The position numbers and the translations under genes were made by a program. This document shows, in pieces, positions 15,648 through 17,879 of a DNA stretch of 17,879 nucleotides (positions are counted from its first letter, which is position 1; every line of letters begins with the position of its first letter). The DNA comes from Nannocystales bacterium (GTDB lineage Bacteria > Myxococcota_A > Polyangia > Nannocystales > Nannocystaceae). Below the pieces are notes generated by a model that was not told the DNA's origin, did not search any database, and worked only from the letters and a program-made list of their open reading frames with translations. The stretch lies in the NCBI GenBank assembly GCA_050633305.1, contig JBOEGF010000048.1:1-17879 (forward strand). Direction: 5' to 3'.

Positions 15648-15915
15648 CCGCAACGCCGTGGCCGCATGGCAGGAACTCGAGGATGCCGTCGGTTGCCTCG
15701 ACTGGGCGGCCGCATCGAAGCTCGCTCAGGAGTTTGAGAGGGAGTGGAATGCGGTTCGAGGCTTTGTTGAAATGTTCGCGGGGCCGGATGGGGAGACGTG
15801 GGGCCACCTGGTGGACAAGGCGATGAAGGCCCTGGTCGAAGCCCTGCGTGCGCGTCCTGTTGACTCCACGGTGGTCGACACGGCGATGTCCCGGTTTCGG
15901 ATGTTCATGCGGTGA
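15637..15915 (+). CDS. Small predicted alpha-helical hypothetical protein, 92 aa
   Basis: GTG start with an AAGGAGGG RBS, overlapping the stop of the HTH gene. Confidence 0.6.
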   Translation: MPADRNAVAAWQELEDAVGCLDWAAASKLAQEFEREWNAVRGFVEMFAGPDGETWGHLVDKAMKALVEALRARPVDSTVVDTAMSRFRMFMR

Positions 15916-16206
15916 GGCCAGGTGATGCCACCGGTGGACACCGAGCCCGTCCCCCGCTCGCGGCGTTTTCACGCGCCGCTTCGAGCTTCCCGAGCAACGA
16001 CCCTCCAACACTTCCGAGTCCGGACCTCCGGGCTCTCAGTACGCAAGGACAAGACCATGACCCACGAACGACAAACAACGGCCCCCATCTTTCTGCACGA
16101 AAAGGCCCCGCACCCTCACCTCGGCCGAGCGCCCGCTGAGGACCGTGCAGGGCCTCGTGAAAGCGAGGGCAGGCGAGTGACGAACGACGAAACGAGCGAT
16201 GAGACG

Positions 16207-17301
16207 ATGAAGAAGAGAACGAGACTCAGGAACGGAGTTGCCCTGTTTTCCCTGCTCGCGAGCGCAGCCGCGTGTGCGGACGAGCTTGAGCTGCCGCCGC
16301 TGACCATCGAGACGCAGTGGACGCAGATCGGGGTCGAGGACGAGTTTCACCATCCCTGCGCGGGCGACCTTGCAGCGGTCGATGCGTACGTCGATGAGCT
16401 GAGAGACCTCGCGGGACTCGAGCCTGCGCCAGTCGACGTCTACTTGCTCACGGATATGGGCGATATCGGACGGTTCTGTGGGTACGATGAGTCGTCGTTT
16501 CTGTTTGGGTGCTTCAGTCGCGGACGGGGCATCGCAACATTCTGGAGCGCACTGCGGCATGAAATCGGGCACTCGTTCGCTGCATCCGAACTCGACTTCG
16601 GCGGGCGAGCGTTCCTCTCCGAGGGCTTTGCAGAGGTCGCGGCGGGAAGGCACACAGCGTTCGCGTCGTATCCGATGCAGGTCAGCGACCTCGACCTCGA
16701 CGACGACGAGCTGCGCAGCTCTGTGGGGGCGCACCGCTTCGCTCGGTACCTGGTGGAGACACGGGGATGGCCTTCGTATGTGGCCGCGATGAGACATGGC
16801 GACCTCGAAGGGGTCTTCGGGATGAGCGAGGCGGCGCTGGTGGAGGAGTTCGAGCAAGAAGCGCCCGCTTTGTACCCGGGGCGGAATCCGTGCGACCACC
16901 CCGTACTTCCAGAGGTTGCGGAGGGCGAGTGGGAGGAGACGATGACGTTCTCTTGCGGGTCCGAGGGCGCGACGCAGTACGAGTTCTCCAGCTGGTCGGC
17001 GACCCGAGACGCCGCGCTGTGGCGGTCGGTGACGCTGGAGGAGGGCCGGTATGGCCTCGAAGTCGAAGGGGGCGCGCAGGCGCTGATCGTTCAGTGCCAG
17101 ACCGAAGTGCTGGCCGAGGAGCCGTCTTTGGTCTCACGCCTCGATGTTCGCAATGAGGCGGACAACCGCCGACAGGATGTTCCACTGGCCGCCGGTGTGG
17201 AACACGAGCTGGAGGTTGCCGCTGGGACCTATCGGGTGGGCATTTCGTCAGGGACGGAGGGCCAAGCGACGATGCGGGTCCATCTGCGGCGGTTGGAGTG
17301 A
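16207..17301 (+). CDS. Lipoprotein with HExxH...E zinc-metallopeptidase (gluzincin-like) motif, about 364 aa (alternative start 16057)
   Basis: Signal MKKRTRLRNGVALFSLLASAAAC. LRHEIGHSF is followed by FLSEGFAE, supplying a third-ligand Glu. C-terminal beta-rich domain. Confidence 0.8.
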   Translation: MKKRTRLRNGVALFSLLASAAACADELELPPLTIETQWTQIGVEDEFHHPCAGDLAAVDAYVDELRDLAGLEPAPVDVYLLTDMGDIGRFCGYDESSFLFGCFSRGRGIATFWSALRHEIGHSFAASELDFGGRAFLSEGFAEVAAGRHTAFASYPMQVSDLDLDDDELRSSVGAHRFARYLVETRGWPSYVAAMRHGDLEGVFGMSEAALVEEFEQEAPALYPGRNPCDHPVLPEVAEGEWEETMTFSCGSEGATQYEFSSWSATRDAALWRSVTLEEGRYGLEVEGGAQALIVQCQTEVLAEEPSLVSRLDVRNEADNRRQDVPLAAGVEHELEVAAGTYRVGISSGTEGQATMRVHLRRLE

Positions 17302-17523
17302 TGAGCGGACTTCTGCGAGGGCCGTTCTGCCCCCATCTTTGATCGAAGAGACGGGGCCGTAGCGGTCTTTGCAGCCCCGGGTCTGGCGGCATTGGGGGTG
17401 TTCATGGAGGTTCCTGGTGCCTCCCTGCATCGACGCGCCCCGCAGCGTCATTTCACTCGCCCTCGTCGTGCTCGAAACGACAGCGGGCCGTTCTCTTCAC
17501 TCCAACAAGACAGGTACAAGACC

Positions 17524-17879
17524 ATGCTCAAAATCGAACGACAGACAACCCTTGTTAGAAGACCGGAGGCGCAGGTGGGCAGGGGGAGCCTCGGGATCTT
17601 CTGCCTGGGTGTCTTGGGGAGCTGCTCTGCCGAGCCGGACCTTCCGCCGCTCGAGATTTTCTCCGAGCGCATCGCAATCGCGGTCATCGGCGAACACCCT
17701 CCGTGCGCTGGCGACCTTGCTGCCCTCGACACTCATGTCCGGGAGGTCGAGCGGCTCTCTGGGTTCTCCGGGGCTGAGACGATCGACGTCTATCTCGGCT
17801 CCGTCGACGAGCGCTGTAGAGGCTTCCCCATGGAGTTCGTCCGAGGCTGCTATCGGCAGGGCCTTGATGCGGTTTTCTC
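17524..17879 (+). CDS. Paralog of the preceding metallopeptidase-like lipoprotein (5' part, cut by the window end)
   Basis: Own translation: MLKIERQTTL...LGIFCLGVLGSCSAEPDLPPLEIFSERIAIAVIGEHPPCAGDLAALDTHVREVERLSG...IDVYLG...C...GC. It shares LPPL, PCAGDLAA.D..V.E, DVYL and the Cys positions with the upstream gene. Lipobox LGSC. Confidence 0.8.
   Translation, partial: MLKIERQTTLVRRPEAQVGRGSLGIFCLGVLGSCSAEPDLPPLEIFSERIAIAVIGEHPPCAGDLAALDTHVREVERLSGFSGAETIDVYLGSVDERCRGFPMEFVRGCYRQGLDAVF

Noticed and set aside
17329..17358. Imperfect hairpin after the peptidase gene as an intrinsic terminator
   Set aside because: The stem has mismatches and there is no following U-tract.
1..17879. CRISPR array, tRNA, rRNA, integrase or intact IS
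   Set aside because: No regularly spaced repeats, RNA-gene signatures or recombinase/DDE catalytic motifs were seen.

Overview
This GC-rich window has myxobacterial (Myxococcota, Nannocystales-like) character; the taxonomy is inferred from the gene families. On the left, a minus-strand four-gene operon encodes two membrane-anchored Hanks-type Ser/Thr kinases, a secreted/membrane protein ending in a beta-hairpin-Phe, and a Cys-rich beta-helix lipoprotein. Divergent from it is an intact FHA-domain sigma54 enhancer-binding protein (EBP). After the EBP come a candidate sigma54 (-24/-12) promoter and a roughly 7.3 kb translationally coupled operon with T6SS spike genes: two small ORFs, vgrG, a PAAR protein with unknown N- and C-terminal extensions, a tandem DcrB/DUF1795(Eag)-like candidate chaperone, a small ORF, a hypothetical gene and two paralogous lipoproteins. 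A frameshifted, degenerate copy of the chaperone gene's 3' end follows, so the last four genes are bracketed by diverged direct repeats. On the right are an HTH/small-protein pair and tandem paralogous HExxH metallopeptidase-like lipoproteins, the second cut by the window edge. No hcp, sheath, baseplate or membrane-complex genes, RNA genes or CRISPR arrays were seen. The main hypothesis is a Ser/Thr kinase -> FHA-EBP -> sigma54 circuit controlling an orphan VgrG-PAAR effector island with a variable cassette.
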